Shown here: piece by piece, positions 1 through 12,420 of the stretch
How the letters are laid out: every line of letters begins with the position of its first letter
How positions within the stretch are numbered: position 1 is the first letter of the stretch
Assembly: GCF_044704955.1 (NCBI RefSeq)
Contig: NC_091984.1
Location: forward strand, 179,552,001 to 179,616,000
Source: Pristiophorus japonicus
Lineage: Eukaryota
Direction: 5' to 3'
DNA length: 64,000 bases
Translations under genes and position numbers: made by a program
Notes under the pieces: generated by a model
Databases searched by the model: none
Told to the model about the DNA's origin: nothing
What the model saw: only the letters and a program-made list of their open reading frames with translations

Positions 1-284
1 AGTTATAAGCATAGGACACAAGCTTTAATTTAGAAGGTTTACGATTTTGCTGCAAATACTGAATGGCGGAATGTTTGTAACTGCATTTATAATAGCGCAC
101 AAATCGTGACCAGATTAATTCTTAATCTCTGGTGCAATCAAGTTGACTGAGCGACACCCGGTGTTAATTCGAAGTTAAATTCAGAACCACCAATGCTATA
201 CTGCACGGCCCTGGAACTAGATGAAACGCTGGTCACTCTTACATAAAAAAAGTGCTAGTCACTTTCAATACAGATAGGAGAAGG

Positions 285-520
285 CTTAAGCTGACAGGAG
301 TAGGCCGTTCAGCCTTTATAGTCTGTTTCGCCATTAAGTTAGATCATGACTGATTTCTACCTCAAATCAATTTTCCCGCTTTTGTTCCTTATCCGTTATT
401 TAACAAAAATCTGATGATCTCGATCTTGAACATTTTAATTGACCGAGCATCTACAGCTTTCAAGGAGTGCGACTTCCAGACTATCACACCTTTTATGTGA
501 AAAATGCTTCTTGCTTTCAC
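285..520 (-). mobile_element. Degenerate CR1-type LINE 3' end fragment
   Basis: caggagtaggccgttcagcc... matches the reverse complement of the CR1 3' UTR seen in younger copies in this window (e.g. 19140-19200); ORF 389..571 has a decayed 'VIVWKSH...AVDA.S..FK.EI.RFL' ORF2 C-terminus. Confidence 0.7.
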
Positions 521-524
521 AAGA

Positions 525-1205
525 CATTGATGGTAGCAGCGCAGGTTGAGAAAGGTTAAAAAAAAAAGCATACGTGATACTCGGCTGCATAAACAGAGGC
601 ATAGGTTACAAAAGCAATGAAGTTATGATGAGCCTTTATAAAACACTGGTTTTGCCTCAACTACAGTATTATGTCCAATTCTGGGCACCGCACTGTAGGA
701 AGGATGTGAAGGCCTTAGAGAGGGTGCAGAAAGGATTTACAAGAATGATTCCAGGTATGAGGGACTTCAGTTATGTGGCTAGATTAGAGAAACTGGGGTT
801 GTTCTCCTTAGAGCAGAGAGAGTTGAGAGGAGATTTGATACTGGTATTCAAAATCATGAGGGTTCTAGACAGAGTAGTAGAGAGAAATTGTTTCCATTGG
901 CGGAAAAGTCTAGAACCAGAGGACACAGATTTATGCCAAAAGAACCAAAGGTGACATGAGGGAAAACTTTTTTATGCAGCGAGTGGTTAGGATCTGAAAT
1001 GCACTGCCTGAAAAGATGATGAAGGCAGACTCAATCGTGGCTTTCAAATGGGAATTGGGTAAGTATCTGAAGAAAAAAATTGCACGGCTTCGAGGAAAGG
1101 ATGGGGGAGTGGGACTAACTGAAGTGCTCTTGCAGAGATCCGGTATGGGCTCGATAGGCCGAATGGCTGCCTCTTGTGCTATAACCATTCTTGGATTCTA
1201 TCATT
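525..1205 (+). mobile_element. CR1-type LINE 3' fragment (RT C-terminal region + 3' UTR)
   Basis: ORF 574..954 'LYKTLVLPQLQYYVQFWAPH...LERVQK.FTRMIPG...LGLFSLEQR.LRGDLI' is the CR1 ORF2 C-terminal signature; degenerate ttctat tail at ~1190-1205. Confidence 0.9.
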
Positions 1206-1244
1206 CCAAATGTTCTAGTTCAAATTTGAAGATTATACACGAGA

Positions 1245-2350
1245 GAAAATAGTGTTTCTGTATCTACCTATCGAATTGCATAATCATTTTAAATATCTCT
1301 ATTAAATCACCACTCAACTTATAACTCAAGAGCATATAAGCCAGGTTTATGCAAACTATCCTCATAATTTCACCCTTTAAGGGTAATATATCTTTCCTGG
1401 AGTTCAGTGTATAATTCAAAATTAGCACTCCAGATCAGTTCTGCCGAAGGATCGATAGAACCGCAACATCACTTCCTCATTTTTGACTTCCAGCCCCTTT
1501 GAGATAAAGCCCATCATTCCATTAACCCTTTTGATTACTTTTTGTACCTGTGCACTACCTTTTTAGTGATTTGTGTACATGGATGCCTAAATCCTATTGC
1601 ACTGCTAAAAAAATATTCTGAGTTGTCTTTCTTAGATTCAAAGTGGATGACGTTCCCACATTCAATTCCATCTGCCATAGTTTTTCCCAATCAATCTATC
1701 TATGCCATTTTAACTTCCTCGTCCCAGCCTCACAACCATGCCTCCAAAATCAGTGTAATCTGCAAACTTGGATGTATAGCTCTATGTTCCTTGACCTAAG
1801 TCATTTTATATATGGTGAAATGCTGAGACACCAATATACATTCCTGGGGAACACCATCAGTGAATAAAACATTTACACTTATTCCTGCCTCCCAACCAAT
1901 TACCAATTAGTGGCTACCTTATATTTATTCTCCCTGTTCCAGACCTATCCACAAGTGGAAACAGTTTATCTACGTTTTCCCTATCTAACTCGTTCATAAT
2001 TTTAAAGATCTCCATCAAATCTCCTTTTAGCATTCTCTTTCAGAGTTAAAAGACCAGCTGGTATATTTTTCCCTGATAGTTGCATCCTCCGAATTCTGTT
2101 AACTCGTTGAAACTCTTTTCTGAATTCTCTGCTGTGCTTCAATGCATTTTTTTGAGCATGAAGACCAGAATAGTGCAAAGTACTTCAAGTCTGGTCTAAC
2201 CTAAGTTCTATATAAATGTAACATTACCTTTCTGTTTTTGTATTCTATTACCTTAAAAAGATCCCCAGTACTTTGATTGCACCCTTTTTGAGCATAACAA
2301 CTTGTGTTTCTCTGTTTAGCGATTTGTCCATCTTCAGTCCCAATCACTCT
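1245..2350 (-). mobile_element. Old, fragmented CR1-type LINE pieces
   Basis: Decayed antisense CR1 motifs (e.g. gaagaccagaatagtgcaaagtacttcaagtctggtctaac at 2160-2200, atctgcaaacttgga at ~1760). Confidence 0.65.
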
Positions 2351-3158
2351 GAACAAAGTAGACTATGTACTAAAGGGATACACAATTTGTGATTAGTGTT
2401 AAGATGAATTTACAAAGTGCGTTTCTTATCTGTGTTGGACTTAGGCAAATGCGTCAGTGAATTTGTAGTTATGACGGCTTGAGTTGTTGCTAATATCACT
2501 TGCTTCAATATAACTATTATTCAGCGGAATCGGGTGGTTATGAAAGAAAACATGCAATGGCAGAAACTGTACCGCGGTAGTTCGAGGTATCCAAAAGGGA
2601 GACGGGCACAGAGTTTGTCCTGAATTTGTGTAACCATATGATTTAGAAAATCTTACACCACGTGCCTTGAATAGTTCACATAAACACATGGACGCAAGGT
2701 CCTGCTCCTTCCCCACACAGATGAATTCAGTCAGGTCAATTGTTTTTTTTCATCTAATGTCAAACTATAGACAGACATCATGTCTGTACCCTCGCTATAC
2801 CGACTGATTTTACTGATTTTCCTTACAATGTGCAGAATAAAACTTCATTATTAAGTCACATTTATAAAGTTGCCATCGATTGGCACAGAGATATCACACA
2901 GAAAGGAATAACAACGGCTGAGCTAAAGGAATGGTCATTTTATTACACTGTGATATTTGTAAGGTTATACAGAAGCTTTGATCAGTTCAGGGTGAACATA
3001 ATTAAAATACAGACAGCGGGATCCAGCCGACAACTGTACATCCGTTGTCGTGATTTGAATTGTTCCACATAAAAGTAAACATGTAATATCTATTACGCAA
3101 TTTATTTTTAAAAGAAATTTACTAAAGGTATAACAAATCGATACATACGATTTTTGAT

Positions 3159-3784
3159 TCAGATACAGCTGGATCTGGTGATGCTTGTTTGAAGCGGGAT
3201 TGCCTGAGTCTCAATCTTAACCACACTAGAACTAGGGGGCATAATTTAAGAATAAGGACCCACCCATTTAAAACTAAGATGAGGAGAAATTTCTTCTCTC
3301 AGAGGGTTGTAAATCTGTGGAATTCGCTGCCTCAGAGAGCTGTGGAAGCTGGGTCATTAAATAAATTTAAGGCAGAGATAGACAGCTTCTTAACCGATAA
3401 GGGATTAAGGGGTTATGGGGAGCAAGCAGGGAAGTGGACCTGAGTCCATGATCGGATCAGCCATGATCGTATTACATGGCGGAGCAGGCTCGAGGGGCCG
3501 TATGGCTGACTCCTGCTCCTATTTCTTATGTTCGTGTGTAAGCTCGTGTGAGTTCCACTCTGAGGCTGGCAGAGTCAGATAAATGCTCACACTGAACGTG
3601 TTGTCCGTCTCCTGCTGGATCCGACTGGTCTCAGCGCCATTCCCTCTCACACTGCCATCAACAGTCCACTCAATCTCCACAGCGCCGGGATCAAAGCCGT
3701 TCACCAAACACACCAGGGTCACCTGTTATTTGCTGTGATTTGATCCAATGAAGGTGGAAGGACGGTCACTGAGGGGGCACGAAT
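3159..3784 (-). pseudogene. IGLC: Immunoglobulin light-chain (lambda/type II) constant exon, pseudogene, split by a CR1 insertion
   Basis: Acceptor ctacttttcctttcag|ATTC at 3785/3784. Encodes RAPSVTVLPPSLDQITAN..VTLVCLVNGFDPGAVEIEWTVDGSVRGNGAETSRIQQETDNTFSVSIYLTLPASEWNSHEL (3784-3538), then ..VVKIETQAIPLQTSITRSSCI* (3226-3159). Small deletions near the 5' end shift the frame. Collinear with the C exon at 39136-39450. Confidence 0.93.
3225..3537 (+). mobile_element. 5'-truncated CR1 LINE 3' end inserted inside the Ig C exon
   Basis: 'TRTRGHNLRIRTHPFKTKMRRNFFSQRVVNLWNSLPQRAVEAGSL..' plus 3' UTR ending cctatttcttatgttc; Ig C sequence resumes on both sides. Confidence 0.93.
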
Positions 3785-3870
3785 CTGAAAGGAAAAGTAG
3801 AAACTGTGAAGAACCATTCTGAATTGGATGTAAAAAATCGAAATTCAATGTTTTACGTTAACAACGTTTG

Positions 3871-4328
3871 GAGTGTCAGCTATGAATTAGTGGATAGCAC
3901 ACTCGCATCCTGAGTCAGAAGGTTGTGGGTTCAAGACCCACTCCAGAGATGTGTAGCACTTAAAGCTTAACTCACACTCCAGAACAGTGCTGAGGGAGTG
4001 TTGGAGGTGCCGTCGTTCGAATGAGACGTTAAACCAAGGCCTGTCTTTATCAAATGAACATAAAAGATCTCCTGGCACTATTTTGTGAAGAGCAGGGGAG
4101 TTATCCCCAGTAACCTGGCCAATATTCAAGCCTCAATCAATAACACAAAACAAATTATCTGGTCATTTTCAAGTTGCTGTTTGTGGGCGCTTGCAATGGC
4201 AAATTAGCTGCACGTTCCCCACATTACAACAGTGGCTACTCTGTATGAAACGTACTTCATTGGTTGTAAATCGCCTTGAAACGTCTGGTAGTCATGAAAG
4301 GCGCTATATAAATGCAAGCATTTCTTTC
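3871..4328 (+). mobile_element. tRNA-derived SINE with Deu-like central domain (SacSINE1-like)
   Basis: tRNA-like head with B-box ggttcaagacc (~3928); central cagtgctgagggagtg...gaggtgccgtc...gagacgttaaacc; tail gaaaggcgctatataaatgcaagc-ctttc; absent at the equivalent position upstream of the other C exon. Confidence 0.8.
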
Positions 4329-4611
4329 CACTTTTTCAAAGTTTAATACTTGGTACCACTGTACAAGGTTAAAAATCTTACAATGGGTAATGCTGTAACT
4401 AATCACAGGGTCCATTGATCTATAAAACTATGTAACGAATTGAAGAAAATCCGAGGGTTCCGTGCATTTACAAAAGAAATTAACCTGAAAAATTATTCAC
4501 TGTTATTTTGATTAAACCTTTAACCATCTTTTTGACGTGTAGTCAAAATGTATGAGGACAATTATGATGCAAATTTAATAATGCTCAACTGTGTTAACCT
4601 TCTTTTGGATT

Positions 4612-4882
4612 ATTATAGAATTGCATAGAATATCCAGCACAAAAGCAGGCCATTGGGCCCAACTGGTCTATGCGGGTATTTGTGCTCCCTCCACGTTAGC
4701 CTCCACCCATCGACTTCACCCAGCACTATCTGTAAATCCTTCTATTCCTTTCTCCCTCGTGTACTTATCTAGCTTCCCCCTAAAGTCATCTATGCTATTC
4801 GTCTCAACTAATCCCCATGGTAGTACGTTCCACCTTCTAAATACTATCTGGGTAAAGAAGTTTATCCTGAATTCTTTATTGC
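4612..4882 (-). mobile_element. LINE (CR1-type) 3' end fragment
   Basis: atagaattgcatagaa tail followed by aggccattgggccc...; ctatctgggtaaagaagtttatcctgaattc is the antisense of the 'FF.QRV' region. Confidence 0.65.
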
Positions 4883-5111
4883 TTAACACACCGGGGTGGC
4901 CGTTTTCTTTTCTCTGATTTCATCTGATGAAGGGGGAAGGATGTTCACTGAAGGGCCCCATGGATCTAGCAAAATGCAAGAGTGAGCGAAAATTCTCTCT
5001 TAGTTTCATATAAACAGTCGAAAATTAAGTCTTGGGTTTTCTATTTTTAACATTCAGCAAAACATTACAATGGAAGCTAATCAGCGCTCATTAAAGACAC
5101 ATAAACACCGG

Positions 5112-6200
5112 TTTGTCCTCAGCTGGAGTATTGTGCTCAATTCTGGGCTCCGCCCTTTACGATGGAGAGGGTGAAAAACAGATTTCCTGGAATGGTACCA
5201 TGCTGAGGAACTTGTTATGTGGAGAAACTGAGATTGTGTTCCTTACAGCAGAGAAGATGAAAGAGAGACTTAACAGAGGTGTTGAAAGTCATAAAGGGTT
5301 TTGACAGAGTTAACAGAGAGAAGCAGTTTCCAGTGGCAGGAGGTTCGGTAACCAAACACACAGAGGTAAGATAATTAGCAAATGAACCAGAAGGGAGATG
5401 AGATATTTTTTAATCAATGAGTTGTTATGAACTGGAATGCAGTATCCGAAAGGGTGGTGGAAGCGGATCCAAACGTAATTTTCAAATTATACTTGAAAAG
5501 GACAAATTTGAAGGGTTATAGGGAAAGCGCACGGGAGTGAGGCTCTGGGCTAGAATTTCCCCAGCCTATCGCACGACTTAACGTGATTTTTTCGCGTTAA
5601 AAGTGCTTGTTTTTCTTAAAATTAAGTGCACAAAATTCCCCAAACTTTAAGAATGGCATTTTCAAAATATCACCAAAAAGGGGAGCACCAATGTTTAGCC
5701 ACTCGGCGAACCCGTTTTGGGATGGAAAAAAGACGCACGAGAAAAGCAGACGTTGCAGCCTCAGAAACGTCCGTACGTAGGAAGACCTGCAAATAAGGTA
5801 AATTAAAGTTTTCATTTTTTAATTCTTTCGCAGCGATTACTTTGTTATGGGTCTTCTAAATGATTTGTCATTTTTGATATTTTGTTTTTTGCCATTTTTT
5901 TGTGTTTTCTCCCGGCCCAGGGCCTGTATATTTGGCGTTGATAGGCCTTGCTCTAAGGTTGGCAAGATCGCGGTTTTTAACACGAATCGTTGTGCAACGC
6001 CATTTTTTAACTACAGGCGTATTTTATGGCCAAATTTACCACCTTAAAAAATGGCAACATTTTTATTCTAATTTATTGACTAAAATGACGTTATTTATCA
6101 AATAACGAGAGGCTAGGAAATTTCTAGCCCTTAGAGCGTTTTCAACCTGCACAGGCACAAAGGACTGAATGGCCTCCATTTTGCCGTAAAATTCTATGAT
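5112..6200 (+). mobile_element. Old CR1 3' fragment interrupted by a MITE (5547-6130)
   Basis: cagctggagtattgtg.tcaattctgg...; the 3' UTR continues after the MITE (gcacaggcac...gaatggcctcc...ttctatga). Confidence 0.75.
5547..6130. mobile_element. MITE with ~21-bp terminal inverted repeats (PIF/Harbinger-like)
   Basis: Left gggctagaatttccccagcct and right aggctaggaaatttctagccc are imperfect inverted repeats; no coding capacity; TIR resembles the Harbinger end at 39951. Confidence 0.8.
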
Positions 6201-6620
6201 GTAGAACCCAAAGTTTCAGAAGTAGAAATCTAACTTGAAAGAATATCTGCATGGAAGTAATTGAAAATTAAATCCTTTCAGTTCCGAAGCACGGTACAGG
6301 CTCATTGCAGACATTTTTGAGTTACCGCAGCTTTTCTTAAGGATATCTATTTTGTGATTATTACGCCATCTCTTTACACAAGTTTACGAACAATACTTTG
6401 AACTATGTCGAAGATAATCTGTTAAAAGTAATTCCTCATAGGCAGTCCTTCAAAATCGAGGAAGACTTGCTTCCACTCTCAAAGTGAGTTCTCAGATGAC
6501 TGTACAGTCCAATACGGGAATTACAGTCTCTGTCACAGGTGGTAAAGACAGTCATTGAAGGAAATGGGGGGGCGGGGTGGGGGTTGGTTTGCTGCGCTAC
6601 TTCAGCTGCCTGCACTTGTT

Positions 6621-8001
6621 TACAGAGAAATATAGAAAATAGGTGTCACAATATGCCATTCGGCCCTTCGAGCCTGCACCACCATTCAATAAGATCATGG
6701 CTGATCATTCAACTCCGTACCCCTTTCCTGCTTTCTCTACATACCCCTTGATCTCTTTAGCTGTAAGGGCTATATCTAACTCCCTCTTGAATATATCCAA
6801 TGAACTGGCATCAATAACTCTCTGCGGCAGGGAATTCCACAGGGTTAACAACTCTCTGAGTGAAAAAGTTTCTCCTCATCTCAGTCCTAAATGGCCTACC
6901 CCGTATCCTAAGACTGTGTCCCCTGGTTCTGGACTTCCCCACCATCGGGAACATTCTTCCCGCATCTACCCTGTCCAGTCCCATCAGAATCTTATATGTT
7001 TCGATGAGATACACGCTCATCCTTTTAAACTCCATTGTATAAAGTCTCAGTTGATCCAGTCTCTCCTCATATGTCAGTCCAGCCATCCCTGGAATCAGTC
7101 TGGTGAACCTTCGCTGCACTCCCTCAATAGCAAGAACGTCCTTCCTCAGATTAGGAGACCAAAACTGAACACAATACTCCAGGTGAGGCCTCACCAAGGC
7201 CTTGTACAATTGCAGTAAGATTTCCCTGCTCCTATATTCAAATCCCCTAGCTATGAAGTCCAACATGCCATTTGCCTTCTTCACTGCCTGCTGTACCTGC
7301 ATGCCAACTTTCAATGACTGATGAACCATGACACCCAGGTCCCGTTACACCTCCCCTTTTTCCTAATCTGCCGCCATTCAGATAATATTCTGCCTTCGTG
7401 GTTTTGCCACCAAAGTGGATAACCTCACATTTATCCACATTATACTGCATCTGCCATGCATTTGCCCACTCACCTAACCTGTCCAAATCACCATGCAGCC
7501 TTTTAGCATCCTCCTCACAGCTCACACCGCCACCCAGTTTAGTGTCATCTGCAAACTTGGAGATATTACACTCAATTCCTTCATCCAAATCATTAATATA
7601 TATTGTAAAGAGCAGAGGTCCCAGCACTGAGCCCTGCGGCACTCCACTAGTCACTGGCTACCATTCCGAAAAGCACCCATTTATCCCAACTCTCTGCTTC
7701 CTGTCTGCCAACCAATTCTCTATCCATGCCAGTACATTACCCGCAACACCATGTGCTTTGATTTTGCACACCAATCTCTTATGTCGGAACTTGTCAAAGG
7801 CCTTTTGAAAGTCCAAATACACACATCCACTGGTTTTCCCTTGTCTACTCTACTAATTACATCCTCAAAAAATTCCAGATAATTTGTCAAGCATGATTTC
7901 CCTTTCATAAATCCATGCTGACTTGGACCGATCCTATCACTGTTTTCCAAATGCGCTGCTATTTCATCCTTAATAATTGATTCCAACATTTTCTCCACTA
8001 C
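6621..8001 (-). mobile_element. 5'-truncated CR1 LINE nested in the RTE
   Basis: RT motifs [25 protein letters not shown] (ORFs 7247-7654, 6811-7329, 7720-7998); frameshifted. Confidence 0.95.
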
Positions 8002-10122
8002 TGCATGCTCTCAGTGATGAGACTCAAGGTTCTCAGCACCCTCCCGGATATTCTTCCTCCACTTAGGGCAGTCTTTGGCCAAGGATTCCCAGGCATTGAT
8101 GGGGATGTTGCACTTTATCAATCAGGCTTTGAGGGTGTCCTTGAAACATTTCCTCTTCCCACCTGGGGATCGCTTGCCTTGTAGGAGTTCCGAGTATAGC
8201 GCTTGCTTTGGGAGTCTTGTATCGGGCATACGGAAAATGTGGCCCGCCCAACGGAGCTGGTTGAGTGTGGTCAGTGTTTGAATGCTGTATATGTTGGCCT
8301 GATCGGGAACATTGATGTCAGTGCGTCTATCCTCCCAGGGGTTTTGCAAGATCTTGTGGAGATATCGTTGGTGGTATTTCTCCAGCGATTTGACATGTCT
8401 ACAGTATATGGTCCACGTCTCTGAGCCATACAGGAGGGTGGGTATCACTACCGCCCTGTAGGCCATAAGCTTGATGCCAGATTTGAGGGCCTGGTCTTCG
8501 AACACTCTCTTCCTCAGGTGACTGAAGGCTGCACTGGCATAATGGAGGTGGTGTTGGACCTCGTCGTCGATGTCTGCCCTTGCTGACAGTAGGCTCCCAG
8601 GGTATGGAAAGTTGTCCACGTTGTCCAAGGCGGTGCCATGGATTGTGATGACCAGGGGGCAGTGCTGTGTGGTGGGGTCAGGTTGGTGGAGGACCTTTGT
8701 CTTACAGATGTTTAGTGTAAGGCCCAGGCTTGCGTATGGCTCCATGAAGATGTTGACGATTGCTTGGAGTTCAGCCACTGAATGTACAAGCATCATCCGC
8801 ATGCTGTAGTTTGATGACAGAGGATGGGACGGTCTTGGATCTAGCCTGGAGGCAATGAAGTTTGAACAGATTCCCACTGGTTCTATAGTTTAGCTCGCAC
8901 AAGTGGGGAGATTGTTGAGTGTGAAATGCAGCATTACAGTGAGGACGATCAAGAAGAGGGTTGGCGCAATGTCACAACCATGCTTGACCCCGGTCCAGAC
9001 ATGGATTGACTCTGTGATGCATCCATAAGTGAACTTGACTGTGGTGAATAATTCTCGCACATCATGGCTGTCGGCCAGCTGCTGAATCTCCTGTGCTTTC
9101 TCCACCCACCATCTATTCCTTAGATTGCATTTTTTTTGTTGGAACTCGGCCTTCAGCCATCTGTCGAGCTATGTTGCTGCTTCGGAGTTGTCTTGTTGCT
9201 TTAGATTCAGAAATGCCCAGCGTTTGCGGTTTATTAGCACTGGATCTCCTGGTCATTCTCATCAACCCAGTCCTGGTGATTCCTGGTTGAGTGACCGAGC
9301 ATCCCTTCACAGGCACTGGTTATGGTAACCTGTACAGCAGACCAAGCAGTGTGGGCACTCTGCGTCTTGGGGTCATCGGGGGTTGCCAGGTTGGCAGTGA
9401 GGCGCTTGGCTGTATAGTGCTCTCTTAGGTTTTGAGTGCCTCGGTGTTGATTTTTCTGTGGCATTGCTTCTGTTTTCATCATCGCTTTGGGGCTATATTA
9501 ATGTTAATGATGGAATGGATTAGGTGGTGGTCCATCCAGCAGTCGTCGGCTCCTGTCATAGTGTGGGTGATGCGCACATCCTTGTGATCCCTCACTGGAA
9601 TGATGACGTAGTCAAGCCAGTGCTTAGAGTGAGGGTGTTGCCACAATGCCTTCTACTTGTCCCTCTGGCGGAACAAGGTGTTGGTGATGACAAGGTCATG
9701 TTCTAAACACTTTGTCAGGAACAGATTACACTGGAGTTGGTTTTCCCTACCCTCTCTCTGCCAATCACGCCTCACCAGAGGTCTGTGTCCTTACCGACTC
9801 TGGCATTGAAGTTGCTGAGGAAGATCAGTTTGTTGTCCGTAGGGAAGTGGCACAAGGATTCTTGAAAGCTAGAGTAGAATACCTCTTTGGCCTCATTTAT
9901 TGCGTCAAGTGTTGGGGCATACGCACTGATAACTGTGGCACACTGGTTCCGGGATAGGGTGAGCTGGGGAGTCATGAGACGTTCGCTAATCCCACAATTG
10001 GAGTCTATGAGGCGGTTGACCAGCTCGCTCTTGATGGCAAAACCAACTCCATGGACGCAGTGTTCTGCTTCTGGTTTGCCTTTCCAGAAGAAGGTATAAG
10101 CTCCACCTTGTTCTTAGAGCTG

Positions 10123-10880
10123 GCAAGTTATTATTTAAATGGAGAAAGATTGCAAAGTGGTGCAGTACAGCGGGACCTGGGGGTACCTGTGCATGAAACA
10201 CAAAAGGATACCATTGGCCTTCCTGGTCAATTGATCAGGAAGGCCAATGGTATCTTGGCCTTTATTGCAAAGGGGATGGAGTATAAAAGCAGGGAAGTCT
10301 TACTACAGCTATATAAGAGGCCACACCAGAAATACTGCGTGCAGTTTTGGTTTCCATATTAACGAGAGGATATACTTGCTTTGGAAGCAGTTCAGAGAAG
10401 GTTGATTCCGGGAATGAGTGGGTTGACTTATGAGAAAATGTTGAGTAGGTTGGGCCTCTACTCATTGAAATTCAGAAGAATGAGAGGTGATCTTGTCAAA
10501 ATGTATAAGATTATGAGGGGGCTTGACAAGGTGGATTCAGAGAGGATGTTTCCACTGATGGTGGAGATTAGAACTAGAGGGCATGATCTTAGAGTAAGGG
10601 GCCACCCATTTAAAACAGAGATGATGAGAAATTTCTTCTCTCAGAGCATTGTAAATCTGTGGAATACGCAGCTTCAGAGAGCTGTGGAAGCTGAGACATT
10701 GAATAAATTTAAGACAGAAATAGACAATTTCTTAAACGATAAGGGGATAAGGGGTTATGGGGAGTGGGTGGGGAAGTGGAGCTGAGTCCATGATCAGATC
10801 AGCCATGAGCTTATTGAATGGCGGATCTGACTCGAGGTACCGTATGGCCAATCCTGTTCCTATTTCTTATGTTCTTATGT
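10123..10880 (+). mobile_element. 5'-truncated CR1 LINE nested in the RTE endonuclease region
   Basis: 'YYLNGERLQ..AVQRDLGV..' to tail ttcttatgttcttatgt; RTE sequence gagctggc^tcccctgccc resumes after it. Confidence 0.92.
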
Positions 10881-11686
10881 TCCCCTGCCCGCTGGCTCTC
10901 GCTTTGGGCGGCGATGTCAATAGCGAAGCATCTAAGTTCCCGGGCAACGATGGCGGTTCCGATCTGTCGCTATTGGAGTTGCCCAAGAGGGTCCTGATGT
11001 TCCAGGTCCAGAACTTCGTTTTGAAGAGTGGAAGATGCCTATGCATGAGTTCTTTAACGTGAGGTGGCCGTTGCACACCGGCTATCACACGGGCTTAGCA
11101 GAGCAAGGTCTTGGTTCAGTGGCAAGGGGGTCCAAGAAGACTGGAGACCAGGCACTGCTGTATGAGCCTAGTTACCAATGGCGGGATGCGAGCCATAAGC
11201 TCGGTGCTGAGCAGTGCCCTATGGTGAGGTGGTGAATAAAGTGAGGCCTGGCTGAAGGCAGGCATTGGGATGGTCAGAGGTCCACTTCATGGAAGGAGGA
11301 GAGGTCAGAGATATCAAGGGGCCACAGCAATTGTGCATTCCACTCCACTCCACTGGCGACATTCGGGCCTTTCTCCCACCGGCACCGTTCGGGCCTGCAT
11401 CCCTCTGGTGGCGTCCTGACCTTCCTCCAGTGACGTCCTGGCCTTCATTCCTCTGGCGACATGCTGGCCTTCCTTTCTCCAGCAACGTTCTGGCCTTCCC
11501 GTGGCAGCTGGCCCCACTCAATAGCAGAGTCTCTGCCGAGCACGTGGTGTGCACAAAAAGTAATTACTTTGAGATATACAGCTGGCAGACACAGCATTTC
11601 ACAGCGGCAACTCTCGAGAATGGGTATATTTTTGAGGCACAATAAATCGTCCATATTACAATAAATTATTTTCTAAATGTCCCGTT

Positions 11687-11857
11687 AGTAGAAATTTAGA
11701 TGGGGTTCTTCCGATTCCTTACTGTACTTTCATCGGATGATCAGCGAAATTCTCGGAGAACCGGCATGGATCCTTTAAACTCTTTCTCCAGGGGTTCTAT
11801 AAAGATTTTGCCATTAAAACCGGGAGACCGGAAGAACCCCCAGGGAATTTCTACTCC
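11687..11857. mobile_element. Short MITE-like inverted-repeat element
   Basis: agtagaaatttagatggggttcttccg ... cggaagaacccccagggaatttctact form ~27-bp imperfect TIRs. Confidence 0.6.
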
Positions 11858-12109
11858 TAAATCTGTAACCTGGACAGAATACAACTGGTTTGGGTTATTG
11901 GCTGCAGTTCATGTTTCAATACTAAGAATCGTTAATTGCGGATTAAAGCCGCTGATTTTTAAAAAACACAAAATTCGAATTTGAACACAATGTTATTAAT
12001 TTTATTAAATTATTTTGGCCACATGGTATCATCAGGCTCAGAATGAACTGATCTAAGTGCAACTGATACGCGGCATATGTCTCATGAGCCATAGCAGAAT
12101 TTTAGAAAT

Positions 12110-12420
12110 TCTTCTCTTCTTAGGCACTCCCCTGAAGTCGAGGATGACTTGGTTCCACACCAATATAAGTACTAGCATGACTGATGGGACCAATGCGGGA
12201 TCAACAGTCTCTGTCGCAGGTTGGGCAAATGGTGGTTGGTTGGTGGGTGCTTGGTTTGTCATACGCTCCTTCTGCTGTTTGTGCTTCGCTTCCAGGTGCT
12301 CCCAGCGAAGCGACTCAAGGTGTTCGCTGCCTTCTCGGGCAATTCTCCTCCACTTTGAGCCATCTTGGGCCAGGGATTCCCAAAAATCGGTGGGGATGTT
12401 ATATTTTTTCAGGAGCATAG
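12110..12420 (-). mobile_element. RTE LINE 3' end fragment
   Basis: ORF 12053..12418 'LKKYNIPTDFWESLAQD.SKWRR...EG.EHLES.R.EH.EAK' parallels the RTE C-terminus at 8000-8120; 3' end parallels 6432-6540. Confidence 0.8.

Larger units (their letters stand above)
6432..11220 (-). mobile_element. RTE-clade LINE (degenerate, internally deleted), host to two nested CR1 insertions
   Basis: APE motifs 'TWNIRTL', 'ISAYAPTL', 'NFNARVG' (ORFs 10867-11088, 9772-9975); RT 'GVKHGC.IAPTLF', 'LLYGSETW', 'QLRWAGH..RMPDTRLPKQ.LY.EL..G.R..GG.RK' (8122-9105); 3' end at 6432-6620 continues exactly across the CR1 insert at 6621-8001. Confidence 0.9.

Noticed and set aside
3880-3950. tRNA gene
   Set aside because: It is the tRNA-derived head of a SINE; no complete cloverleaf, and it continues into the SINE body.
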